A stretch of 63,401 nt of DNA, the filler included, from Octopus bimaculoides (taxonomy: Eukaryota): NCBI RefSeq assembly GCF_001194135.2. It is 6 parts of 6 records of this genome, joined end to end, with 100 filler letters (N's around TTAATTAATTAA, not from the genome) between each part and the next. Parts side by side here need not be neighbours in the genome. Positions count along the whole stretch, not along the records: positions 1 to 22,867 come from NC_068990.1; 5 more parts are not named here. One strand, written 5' to 3'. Shown here one piece after another: positions 1-11,282 of the stretch (its first letter is position 1; every line of letters starts with the position of its first letter). A program made the translations under genes and the position numbers. The notes below the pieces were generated by a model that searched no databases, was not told the DNA's origin, and saw nothing but the letters and a program-made list of their open reading frames with translations.

Positions 1-109
1 GGGGGGGGGGGTCGATAAATTAAGTACCAGTTGCATACTGGGGTCGATCTAATTGACTGGCCCCCTAGAAAAGAATATTTTATTGAAGAGAAACTAGCTG
101 TTAATATTT

Positions 110-540
110 TGGCAAGCTGGCACGACAGGCAAAATGCTTAGCAGCATTTCATCTGTTTTCATGTTTTGAGTTCAAATTCTGCTAAGGCCGACTTCGCCTT
201 TCATCCTTTCAGGGTCGATAAAATAAGTACCAGTTAACACTGGAGTTGATGTAATCAACTCATTCCCTTCCCTTGAAATTGCTGGCCTTGTGCCAAAATT
301 TGAAATCAATATTTCCTACATTGTTAAGGCATCAAGCTGGCAGAATCATTAGTGTGTTGGGCAAAATGCTAATTAGCGTTTTGTTCGTCTTTATGTTCTG
401 GGTTCAAATTCCGCTGGGGTCAACTTTTCCTTTCATCCTTTCAGTGTTGATAAAATATGTACCAGTTTGACACTGGGGTTAATGTAATTGACTTGACCCA
501 TCTTCCAAAATTACCGGCTTTGTGTCAGAATTTGAAAACA
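110..540 (+). mobile_element. Two tandem family A tRNA-derived SINE copies (a further 3' part at 1-75)
   Basis: GCTGGCAGAATCATTAG head, GAGTTCAAATTC B-box-like motif, and core CCTTTCATCCTTTCAGGGTCGATAAAATAAGTACCAG repeated across the window. Confidence 0.8.
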
Positions 541-603
541 TTATTATTATTATTAATGTGCCTATGTAGAGATAGATAAACAGACTGACAGACATGCATC
601 TGA

Positions 604-650
<47 letters not shown>

Positions 651-660
651 NNNNNNNNNN

Positions 661-698
<38 letters not shown>

Positions 699-1937
699 CA
701 CACACAACTTGAGGTGCTTACAACTCAACAAACGAGTTTCTACATGATTGTCTTACCTGTGAGAAACAACAGCTAAATATCTCTTTTATCACACCCTATT
801 ATCTTTGTAAAGTAAGAACAAAATGAATAATGTATTCTTAAATGTTTCTGAATAAAAAAAACAAAAAAAAACAGGATGGTCATAGCTGTAATGCCTTCAA
901 TCATAATTCTTCTGGTTAAAGGTGACCTGGTCCTAAACAGTGGCAAATTTGGTATATTTTACTTTTTTTTTCATAACCTTTTGATTATTTTTTTCTCTTT
1001 GTTTGTTAGGTTGTTTTTGATTTATAAATAGTTATGAATTTATTATAAAATTTGTTTGCCAAAGCAAGAAAATATTTTGTGTCATTGTAATTTTAAAAAT
1101 AAATCTCTTTATTTGTTTATTTATTTATTAACCATTAATATATAAATGACATTAAAATGGTACAGTGAGAGCAAGCAAGTATCCATGACATCATCATCTT
1201 CCAGACTTAGGACTCAAAGGGCCAGTTATCCAATTTTTATGGTGCATAAGTAACTGAGATTGCAATATTCCCTCTAAATGGGATTCCAGTACATTGTAGG
1301 GTTACTCATTTACAGGGACCAAAACTGCAATGTTGCAATTATGAGAACAATACCCTAACCACCAGGTCATGCAAGTTCACAAACCAGTGAGAAGAGGACC
1401 TCTAAGTGGCCATTTGATATGCCAGAAGTGGGGCAATCTGGACTACTCTATAACTAATAAAAATAAAGGTGGAATAGTTATATTTGGAATGCCTTATAGG
1501 TCTACCCAGTTAGAACTTATCTGTAGCCAAACAACAATATAAAAATGCCATTAACCTGAGAAACCTAACCCTCATTCTATCTTGATGACATTTCAAAGGA
1601 ACTACCTTGCAGAGGTAAAACTGGATTTGCCAAATATCACAATTCACTCCACCCACCTACCTCAATTAGTTTCTTTTCTTTTATTTCTGTTTTCATTTCT
1701 GACTCTATTTCTCTCTTTCTTATATTAATTTTGAAAATACCTCCTTGCAATGCAACCAGTTCATTATTTATTGTTTTATGTTGGAAACAATGATGGGTAT
1801 GTGATTAGTAGCATTTGATCTTTTCTTCACCCCCTTCTCTCTCTCTTTCCCTTTCTTCTCTACTGTCACCTCTCTCTATATCTACTGCCTACCCTCTCTC
1901 TCCTTCTCTCTCTCATGCTATATCTCTAACATTCATT

Positions 1938-2322
1938 GTGGAGGCGCAATGGCCCAGTGGTCAGGGCAGTGGACTTGCGGTCATAGGATCGCAGTTTCGA
2001 TTCCCAGACCAGGCATTGTAAGTGTTTATTGAGCGAAAACACCTAAAAGCTCCACGAGGCTCCGGCAGGGGATGGTGGCGAACCCTGCTATACTCTTTCA
2101 CCACAACTTTCTCTCACTCTTAATTCCTGTTTCTGTTGTGCCTGTAATTCAAAGGGCCAGGCTTGTCACACTGTGTCATGCTGAATATCCCCGAGAACTA
2201 CGTTAAGGGTACACGTGTCTGTGGAGTGCTCAGCCACTTGCACGTTAATTTCACAAGCAGGCTGTTCCATTGATTGGATCAACTGGAACCCTCGACGTCA
2301 TAAGCGACGGAATGCCAACAAC
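1938..2322 (+). mobile_element. Full-length family C tRNA-derived SINE with 10-bp TSD
   Basis: tRNA-like head GGAGGCGCAATGGCCCAGTGG...GTTTCGATTCCC and AAC-repeat tail. AACATTCATT is duplicated at 1928-1937 and 2323-2332. Confidence 0.8.
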
Positions 2323-2663
2323 AACATTCATTAAATTTATCTAAGCTTGACTGAGCTCAGACAGAGGCAGCTTGGAAGTCACAGGATTTAGTAGTAATTT
2401 CTGATATAGACACAAGCCCTTGAATTTTGGATAGGAGTACTATTAAGTGACCTCTTCATTATGTGAGCCCTTCAATCCCCAATACTTGTACTTTATTTTA
2501 TTGACCCTAGAGGGATAAAAGGCAAAATGGGATTCATCTTAATTATTCTTCCATTGTTATCCTCTCATCTTGATTATCTAAAAGTGTTGTTACAAATTTG
2601 TTTCTATCCAGTCAGGTGACTTGCCCAGACCAATGCAACTCTTCCATGCCAAATGTCCCCATA

Positions 2664-3072
2664 GGCGCAGCAGTGGCTGTGTGGTAAGTAGCTTGCTTAC
2701 CAACCACATGGTTCCAGGTTCAGTCCCACTGCGTGGCACCTTGGGCAAGTGTCTTCTACTATAGCCTCGGGCCGACCAAAGCCTTGTGAGTGGATTTGGT
2801 AGACGGAAACTGAAAGAAGCTTGTCGTATATATGTATATGCATATATATATGTGTTTGTGTGTCTGTATTTGTCCCCCCAACATCGCTTGACAACCGATG
2901 CTGGTGTGTTTACGTCTCCGTAACTTAGCGGTTCGGCAAAAGAGACCGATAGAATAAGTACTAGGCTTACAAAGAATAAGTCCTGGGGTCGATTTGCTTG
3001 ACTAAAAGGCGGTGCTCCAGCATGGCTGCAGTCAAATGACTGAAACAAGTAAAAGAGTAAAAGAGTGAAAGA
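2664..3072 (+). mobile_element. Full-length family B SINE (tRNA head + CORE-like ACCTTGGGCAAGT segment), young copy
   Basis: Same sequence recurs at 4630-4865, 5089-5700, 10302-10492, 12191-12593(-), 14377-14757(-), 15385-15570, 19712-20290, 22611-22760, 37655-37803(-), 43680-44080(-), 44535-44900(-). Ends in a GTAAAAGA-type tail. Confidence 0.85.
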
Positions 3073-3119
3073 ATAATAATGACTAAGTTATTTCTCAAGG
3101 TCGTTATCTGACAGGTTTA

Positions 3120-3310
3120 TGGTTGAGCCTATGGCAGTCGAGACCCCTGGTGTTCTTGGTCCCTGGAGCATATTCCCGTTCACTGCTATCAAAGCAGAGA
3201 TTACTGTCTGCAAATGCGAGCCCTGCTAGTCAGATTGGCTGTTCCAATGCATCTCCCTTGCTATCGTCCAGGGTAATACCTTTTCCATGCTGTCTGTTGA
3301 GGCCATGAGT
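3120..3310 (-). mobile_element. Possible old LINE reverse transcriptase fragment
   Basis: Minus-strand translation GKGITLDD...LAGLAFADS resembles a degenerate L.FADD motif and contains a stop. Confidence 0.3.
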
Positions 3311-3669
3311 CCTTAAAATAAGATATAAGCACTGTAAAGTGGTTGTTAATAAGAATGGCATCCACCCATAGAAAGCAGTTTTCAAAATTAACTGAAACAA
3401 AGATGATATATTTTGGCAGAAATATTGTAATAAAAGGGCTTAAGAGTAATGGATTAGCAGAATCAGTAAAGTAATTACGAAGTACCTTGTGGTATTTGTT
3501 TATACTTCTCTATATTATGAGTTCAAGTTCCACCAGGGTTCAATTTGGCTTTCATCCGTACAATGATTGATAAAATAAAGTACCTGTTATGTATTGCGAT
3601 CAATGTGTGTGCTTATGTTAGAAATCATTACCATAGTCCTCTCAGATGATGAATTATGTTTCATTACAG

Positions 3670-3723
3670 GATTATTAGATGTGGCTCGCAGGACTTACAC
3701 AGAAATTATTGATGATATTGCAG
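3670..3723 (+). CDS. MSH4: MSH4 internal exon (54 nt): (G)LLDVARRTYTEIIDDIA
   Basis: ttacag acceptor and GTAATT donor at 3724. Peptide matches the MSH4 motif LD.ARRTYTEI.DDIA. Phase 1 at both ends. Confidence 0.92.
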
Positions 3724-4207
3724 GTAATTAAAAACGTTTAAGAATACATTATCAAAATATCCCAACAAGATGTCTTCAACAAAACTTAAATAATAATTGT
3801 GTGTGTGTGTGTGTGTGTGTAAATTTATACAACATGAAGATGTAAAAAACAAGTTTTAATTGTAAATTACATCATTTGTTTCCACATCAGACACACCAGT
3901 TTTAAGTTACTGAGTTTTCATTCATGTACTATTACATAAAATTATTTTATAACATAATTACATAAATAAATATGATTCAGCAACAGCTGTGTGTCAGTTG
4001 TTCACCGGGTAGAATGGGTTTAAAGCATTATGTTATAAAATAATTTTATATAATAGTATATGAATGAGAACTCATATAGTAAGCTTTACTTTTGTTCTCC
4101 TAGGGATGATAAAATAAATCCAAGTGTGTACTGTTGTTTGGTTCAACCAACTCAATCAAATGTTTGGCCTTGTGCTAATCATAACAGCCCTTATTATATT
4201 TAATTAG

Positions 4208-4392
4208 AATTGGTTCGACAGTTATCAGAAAAGTATAAATTACCCTTAAAAACCAGCTACAATTCTACACGTGGTTTCTTCATGCAACTGTATTCTGGGA
4301 ACAAAGACAAATATATGGTTGATTCACTACCTTCGATCTTCATTAAAGTCGGCAAGCACAAAAATACTTTGAGTTTCACAACTACTGATCTT
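4208..4392 (+). CDS. MSH4: MSH4 internal exon (185 nt): (E)LVRQLSEKYKLPLKTSYNSTRGFFMQ...SIFIKVGKHKNTLSFTTTDL
   Basis: aattag acceptor and GTAAGT donor at 4393. Lies in ORF 4210..4473. Resembles MSH4 QL.EKY.LPL.TS....RGFF.Q and FT..DL. Confidence 0.93.
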
Positions 4393-4996
4393 GTAAGTCA
4401 TTGCACCATTTCTAAACTGCCATTGGACATTGTTTTTGTTTATGATAAAATCTTTTACTTGAAATATTGTTGAAGAATTATTATATTTGACGGCATGTAA
4501 GAAATATGTTTTATCAAAAAAAAAGTATCTCAAAAAATCATTTGTGTGTGATATTTATATATCCCAGCCCTGGTCAAAACGTCCCGCCCATGCCAGCATG
4601 GACAATGGACATTAAATGACGATGATGATGTGTGTGTTTTTGTGTTTGTGTTGTGTTTGTCCCTCGCCCCACTGTTTGAGAACTGGTATTGGTTTGTTTA
4701 TGTGACCATAATTTAGCAGTTTGGTAAAAGTGCCTGATAGGATATATATTAGACTTAAAAAATAAGTGCCAAGATCGATTTGTTCAACTAAACCTTTTAA
4801 GGAGGTACTCCAGCATGGTCAGAGTGCAATGATTGAAATAAGTAAAAGATAAATGATAAGATATAAAGGCATTTAGAACTTGTCTTTTCAGTTTTAATGT
4901 TCTTGTGAGAAAACAATTTGTTATTGATGTTATCAATAATTTTACAACTAAATTCTATATAAATATATTCATTTTATTTTATTTATTTTTTTGCAG

Positions 4997-5009
4997 ATAA
5001 AACTCAATG
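4997..5009 (+). CDS. MSH4: MSH4 13-nt microexon ATA AAA CTC AAT G: IKLN(D)
   Basis: Long T tract + TTGCAG acceptor and GTAAGT donor at 5010. Supplies the IK.N residues expected between DL and R..ESL. Converts phase 0 to phase 1 as the next exon requires. Confidence 0.88.
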
Positions 5010-5174
5010 GTAAGTCGTTTTCTTTTTCCCCATTAGTCAACTGGTACTCCACTAGGCAAGCTAAATGATTGCTTAAGGCACCAAAATAGGTGCAAGTGTG
5101 GCTGTGTTGTAAGAAGTTTGCTTTCCAACCACATGGTTCTGGGTTCAGTTCCACCATGTGGCACCTTCTATTAA

Positions 5175-5395
5175 CCCTTTTGTTACTGTATTTGTTTTGA
5201 GATGCTTTGTGTTTCTATCAATTAATTTTAAATATAGCAAAGAATTTAGTAAAATAACTTAGTTATCATTCAGCTAGTGTTAGGTACATAAATTGTGACT
5301 AAGGTTTGGTGGAAGATTTTAATTCAAAACTTATGAAACAAAACATTTGTACTACAGAGCTAGAGCTGGTTACAGCCGGATTGGTAACGAAAGGG
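5175..5395. mobile_element. piggyBac-like MITE (221 bp) inserted in a family B SINE
   Basis: TTAA on both sides (5171-5174, 5396-5399). Terminal inverted repeats CCCTTTTGTTAC / GTAACGAAAGGG. Confidence 0.8.
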
Positions 5396-6454
5396 TTAAA
5401 GCAGCCTCCTTGTGACTGGATTTGGTAAATGAAAACTGAAAGAAGCCTATTGTATATACATGTGTGTGTGTGTGTGTGTGTCTATGTGTCTGTGTCTGAC
5501 CCCCACCACTGCTTGACAACCAGTGTTGGTGTGTTTATGTCCCCATAGCTTAGCAGTTCAGCAAAAGAAACCAATGGAATAAGTACCAGGCTTAAGATGA
5601 AATAAGTACTGAGGTTAATTCACTCAACCAAAATTCCTCAAGTCAGTGTTTCTGCATAGCCACTGTCAAATGACTGAAACAAATAGAAGATAAACAAAGA
5701 TACCACACAAATTCTGAACAACATGAGTGAAATTTCTTAATCTAACTAAAGATACAAAATTTAGTAATAAATAAACAGGTGAGGTCACACCCAGAATAGA
5801 GGAGAATTGAGGCGAGAGAGAGCAGAATGGGGCAAAGGAAACAAGGGAATCGTGATATACAGGATTATAAATCTATAGATTTCTTGTTTGCAAATGAATT
5901 TTAATTTTCTACAGCATTTTTCAGTTGGTTTAAAGAAGTGTGTGGTTGGTGGAAGTTGCAGATTAAAATTGGAAAAGCAGGTGGTGCACATTGTCAAGTT
6001 GATAAAAAAAAAAGTGGGGGCACACATTATAAGAAAGACCAAAGGCATTGAATATCCTAGTCCTGGTCTTGTCACAAAGTATCAGATTCAGCCACAATCT
6101 CAATCTCTTCTTTATTTTATTATTATCACTAACTCTAATGTGGTGAGCTGGCAGAGCTGTTAGCATGCCAGACAAAATGCCAAGTGGCATTTCATTTGTC
6201 TGCATGTTCTGAGTTCAAATTTTACCGAGGTTGACTTTACCTTTCATCCTTTCAGGGTTGATAAAATAAATACTAGTTGAACACTGCGGCCAAAATGTCA
6301 GTCCTTGTGCCTCTAGTAGAAAGGGTTATGGTCACTGACTTTAAGGTAGCAAGTTATGAGAGTGGACAAAGTGCTTAGTGGCATTACTTCCAGCTCTTTA
6401 TGTTCTGAGTTCAAATACTGCTGATGTCAGTTTTGCCTTTCATCCTTTCAGAGT

Positions 6455-6768
6455 CATCTTCATCATCATCATCATTTAGCGCCTGTTGTCCATGCTGGCA
6501 TGGGTTGGATGGTTTGACTGGGTCTGGCTCGCCGGAAGGCTGTGCCAGGCTCCAGTCTGATTTGGCTTGTTTTTCTACAGCTTGATGTCCTTCCTAACAC
6601 CAACCACTCCAAGAATGCAATGGGTCCTTTTACGTGCCACCAACACAGGTACCATTTGCGTGACACTGGTATTTGCCATGACTGTGATTTTGCTTATCTT
6701 GATGGCTCTTCTCAAGCACGACATAATGCCAAAGGTCTTGGTCATTGCCTCTGTGAGGCCCAGCACTC
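6455..6768 (-). mobile_element. RTE LINE 3' terminal fragment inserted into a family A SINE (6340-6860)
   Basis: Reverse complement of the 3' end of the RTE at 46303-47730, including the GLTEAMT coding tail and (GAT)n end. SINE core resumes on the far side. Confidence 0.75.
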
Positions 6769-7221
6769 AATAAAATAAAATACTAGTTGAATACTGGGGT
6801 TGATGTAATCAACTTTCCTCTCCCATGAAAATATGTCACTTTGTGCCAAAATCAGAAAAGATTGTCACACATTCTAAGGTGACAAGCTGGTAGAACTGTT
6901 AGTGCACTGAACAAAATGGTAAGCAGCATTCCTTCAAGCTCTTTATCTTATTGAGGCTGACATTGCATTTCATCCTTTGGGTTTCAGTAAAATAAAGGGC
7001 CAGTTGAGCTCTGGGGCTGTAATTGACAAGACCCCTCATGCAAAATTTCAGTCCTTGTGCCTGCAGTGGAAAAAACAAAACAATTGTTGTTATTAGTAAG
7101 GTGGCAAACTGGCAAAATTGTTAGGAAGTTGGATGAAAATGCTTAGTGGTGGCAATGATGATACCCCTACATGGGCAAATTTGGAGAAGTTGGTGAGCTG
7201 CTAAATGATGATGATGATGTT

Positions 7222-8274
7222 AAACTGGGAAAAAACACTGCTGAAACTTATAAAATCCTCCAGACTGATTATGGATTAACTTGTGAATCAAGCATCTGCT
7301 TTTTACAGGCACAAAAGATCCAAGGACAATAGAAAGGAGGTGAGAGGTGTGAGGAGGACAGGGATGTCAGGACATCACAGATGGTTGAGAAAATTTGTAT
7401 TTTCTGGATGAAGACCATCATGTATCTATAGAGACAGTAAGCACAACAGTTTAGAGTTGGTGTGGCAACTGTACACAGAATTATTCAATAAGATCTGAAT
7501 ATGGGCAAAATTTGTGCAAAGTGTGTTCCCAGGTGCTCACTGACAAACAGAAGGAGAGATGCATTGGTGACAACAGGGAGATGGTTGAGCTCATTACCTC
7601 CAATCCAAGACTACTCTAGTCTCTGCTGACCTATGATGAAAGCTGGAGCTACTGTTACGATCCAGAGACCAAGAGGCAGCCTGACTAATGGAAGCATCCT
7701 GGCTCCCTCAGATCCAAGAAAGCCAGGCAAAGCAAGTCCACAGGGAAGTTTATGATGATTCCCTTGTTCAACAGCAAGGGAATAATTTACATCCACTGGG
7801 TTCCCTCTGACCAGATGGTCAACAAAGAGTACTTTGTGGAGGTTTTGAGGGAATTCCAGAAGGGATTTCGTCACAAAAGGCAGGAATTCTTCCACTCCAG
7901 TCAGTGACAACTGCACCAGTTTACAGTCCCATCTTGGTAAGCAACTGCTTGACAGAGATGAACATCAAAAGTGTCTCTTACCCTCCCTACTGTCCAGACC
8001 TTGCTCCCTGTGATGTTTGGTTATTCCACAAGCTGAAGGAGAACCTCAGGGGCAGTCAGTTTGAAGACATTGAGAAGATGAATGAGATTGTGACAAGGGT
8101 TGTGGATATCACCACTTTGGAGGACTTCTATGAGGCCTTCACAAAGTGGCTGGAATGCTACAGCAAATGCACTGAAGTTGGAGGATCCTACTTTGAAGAT
8201 TTGAGTTTTGTACTTCTTTGAACTTAATAAATGCCTCTCCTAAAAAAGTCTCAAAACTTTTGGAATGCACCTTG
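7222..8274 (+). mobile_element. 5'-truncated mariner (DD34D) transposon pseudogene with right TIR
   Basis: KLGKNTAETYKIL N-terminus, TYDESW, DN(fs)APV and YCPDLAPCD with 34 residues between D2 and D3. ORF 7904..8221. TIR AAAAAGTCTCAAAACTTTTGGAATGCACCTTG followed by TA. Stops and frameshifts present. Confidence 0.9.
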
Positions 8275-8620
8275 TATATACATGCAGAAAATGTGTATGG
8301 GATCTCCTCGCCCATCCTCTTAAAGGAGAGGCATGTTTTGACTGTACTAGATTATTGTAATCTTAGTTTATCATTACTACACATCTTATAAGCTGACTTC
8401 CCAACTTTTATTCCAGATTGAAGGAAATGCCTGTAATAGCACTATTAATATATTTTTTTAAAGGTGATTTAAATGTATTTCTTAACTGAATGAATTTCAT
8501 GACATGAGTTTGTGATGTTGGTGAACTGTTTCTTTCTTCCTTAAATATTGTTATCTATTGGTTAGCAAACTATTATATATTATATATTCCGGTTGTTCTG
8601 GTTTTTTTCCTTTTTCACAG

Positions 8621-8666
8621 ACCGTGTAAAAGAATCTCTCCAAGAAATTTACCTAATGACTAACAT
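8621..8666 (+). CDS. MSH4: MSH4 internal exon (46 nt): (D)RVKESLQEIYLMTN(I)
   Basis: tttttcacag acceptor and GTAAGT donor at 8667. Matches MSH4 R..ESL.EIY.MT. Confidence 0.92.
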
Positions 8667-8799
8667 GTAAGTTTTTTTAACGAAGTATTACAGAATTCCT
8701 CCTGTACTGATTTGACATTGATTTTCAAGAATTTAATTTACATGTATGGATTCCCAGAAACGGTTTATAGTTCCTGTTACCTATGTGGTTTAATGTTCA

Positions 8800-9020
8800 G
8801 TAGAGGTGGGTGGTGTGAATGCATAGCAGCTTGAGAAAGTCCAGAGAGCTGACAACAGAGGATATTTTCTTTCTGGGTGAAGGGTTGTTAGTCTGAGGCT
8901 TTGTATACAAAATGAGATGTTATATGGTCGGGGAACTTAAAAATTGAATGTGGAGGATGTATTAAATGAAGGTTAGAAAGAAATGAGATGAACATGCTCC
9001 ATCGGATGTGGAATATTCAT
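8800..9020 (+). mobile_element. Old RTE LINE RT C-terminal fragment
   Basis: CIQNEMLYG and ERNEMNMLHRMWN resemble AMLHGSETW and NEASMLHWMCN in the 46303 element. Confidence 0.6.
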
Positions 9021-10580
9021 CCTTTAACTGTAAGGCAGTGAGCTGGCAGAATCATTAGTATGCCAGGCAAAATGCTTAGCAGCATTTCTTCCGTCTTTAT
9101 GTTCTCAGTTCAAATTCTGCCAAGGTCAACTTTGCCTTTCATTCTTCCAGAGTTGATAAAATAAATACCAGTTGAGCCCTGAGATTGATGTAATCTACTT
9201 AGCCTCTCTCCCAAAATTGTTGGTCCTGTGCTAAAATTTGAAAGCAATATTAACCCTTTAACTGCATGCAGAATTAAGTTTCATGGTTATTCCAGTAAGG
9301 ATGTTAAAAGATCTACCAAAAAAATAGAATTGGTATTTTCTGCTTCGGTAAACTTGACACACCTCAACAAAAAATAGTTTCAAACATGACTGTGCTTTTT
9401 ATGTGGCACCATCACTAATTTGCTTCTTATTCCTGTGTATGAGGAAAATATTTTTTTACTTTAAAGTAGGGCGTCTGGCCATAGAAAAATCAGCCTCAAT
9501 AAATCCCATCCAAGGATGGAAAAGTGGACATTAAAATGATGACAGCAGCAGCAGCTGTTATTGTAGATGGTGGTGGTGGTAGTGAGGGCAGTGGCAAGGA
9601 TGATGATCTTGACAACATGATCATAATGATGATGAGGATGAACTGTATAATTTTATTTAATTCTTTTGTTAAGGTTCACTTATTGAAGTGAATATATGTT
9701 GTAAGTGAGTCATTAAGTTTAGGACTTTATAATTTCCTTCACATTAGCAGATTTTAATTTTAACTTACATTTTGTTTATGTATACTCAAGAGTGTTTAGG
9801 TATGGTTTCAGATTTCAAAGTCAAGTGGTTGCTAGTGAAACCATCTGACTGTAAATGCTTCAGTGATACGCTACACTGGTATACACAGATATTAATTTAG
9901 GTAAAATGGCCATTAAATTGAAGATTTGATCATATATTTAGAAACTAGATTACTTTAATGTTTTACAGTGTATCATTGCAGAATATTTTAATAAGTTTTT
10001 TTATTTTATTATTTAGATTTAAAAGTATAACAGAAGTCATGGTTCATATTTTATAATTTTAGAATACAAAAAAAAATAAATTTAAGTTTATTTCCTCATG
10101 ATGCATTGTAATGAAGCATTGCTTATTTTAAACCACTTGGTTTTACTTTAACCCTTTTGCCAGGGACAAAATAACCTTTCTAGTGCTTGTGCCATGATGA
10201 AATGCACTCACTATACTCTATAAAATGGTTGGTGATAGGAAGAGTATCCAGCTGTTGAAACTATGGTAGGAATGGAGCATGCGAGTAAGGCATGATCCTT
10301 GATCTGTCCTCCATCACCACTAGACAATCAGTATTGTTTTGTTTATGTCCCTGTATTATAGCAGCATAGCAGTTTGGCAAAAAGAGATCAATAAAATAAG
10401 TACCAGAGTTGATGTGTTTGACTAAAGCTATCAAGGTAGTGCTTCAGCATGGCCACAGTCTAATGACTGAATTGAATATAAGATACAAGATATATATTTT
10501 GGAAAATATTTTTTTAATTATTTGATGTAACCTATATGTAATTTGAGACTGTAAATTAATGTAATTAATTTCTTTTTCAG

Positions 10581-10705
10581 TGTTGTTACTGAGCTTCTCA
10601 ATGACATCAGGAGCTGTATTAGTTGTTTGTACAAACTCTCAGAGTGTGTTTCCACGTTAGACATGCTGGCAGGATTTGCACATCTTTGCACATTATCGGA
10701 TTATA
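10581..10705 (+). CDS. MSH4: MSH4 internal exon (125 nt): VVTELLNDIRSCISCLYKLSECVSTLDMLAGFAHLCTLSDY
   Basis: tctttttcag acceptor and GTAAGT donor at 10706. Matches MSH4 CLYKLS..VS.LDML..FAH.CTLSDY. Confidence 0.94.
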
Positions 10706-10764
10706 GTAAGTGTATTACCATTCTGCCTTTCGTACTTGGGGAGCGGGGTGGGAGTTGGTGGGGG

Positions 10765-10960
10765 GTCATCATCATAATCACCACCATTTAATGTTCACTT
10801 TCTGTGCTGACATGGGTTGGATGGTTTGACCGGAGCTGGCAAACCAGATGACTGCACCAACGTCCACTATCTACTTTGGCAAGATTTCTTTGGCTTGATG
10901 CCTTTCCTAACACCAACCACTTGGCACAATGTACTGGGAGCTTTTTACATGGCAACCATT
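10765..10960 (-). mobile_element. RTE-type 3' tail fragment
   Basis: CATCATCAT...CATGGGTTGGATGGTTTGACC...CCTAACACCAACCAC, as in the 6455 and 48505 copies. Confidence 0.65.
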
Positions 10961-11210
10961 ATCCATTGTTGATGTAATTATAAAGCAAAACTGACATTGC
11001 ATTTTTCTAGGCTAGGATTATAGGTGCCAGAAATATGGTATATCTACAAGTCTTTTGGCAGTAAAAAGTATATCTTGGTCTCATTGACTGGTCCATTTGA
11101 AAGGATATAAACTAACAAAGTGGCTCCATTTGGCCAATTTCAGTTTTGAAATTTCCTCCAATGAAGAGAGAAATTGTAGTATTTACTATATGGCATCTGA
11201 ACTCCATTTC

Positions 11211-11282
<72 letters not shown>

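Noticed and set aside
1938-2015. tRNA-like cloverleaf (also 45735-45800 and the heads of families A and B)
   Set aside because: It continues into a SINE body with tail and TSD, and the stems are degenerate. These are SINE heads, not tRNA genes.
4393-4473. Read-through of ORF 4210..4473 past the exon (VSHCTISKLP...)
   Set aside because: MSH4 similarity ends at a consensus GTAAGT donor at 4393, and the true continuation is the microexon.
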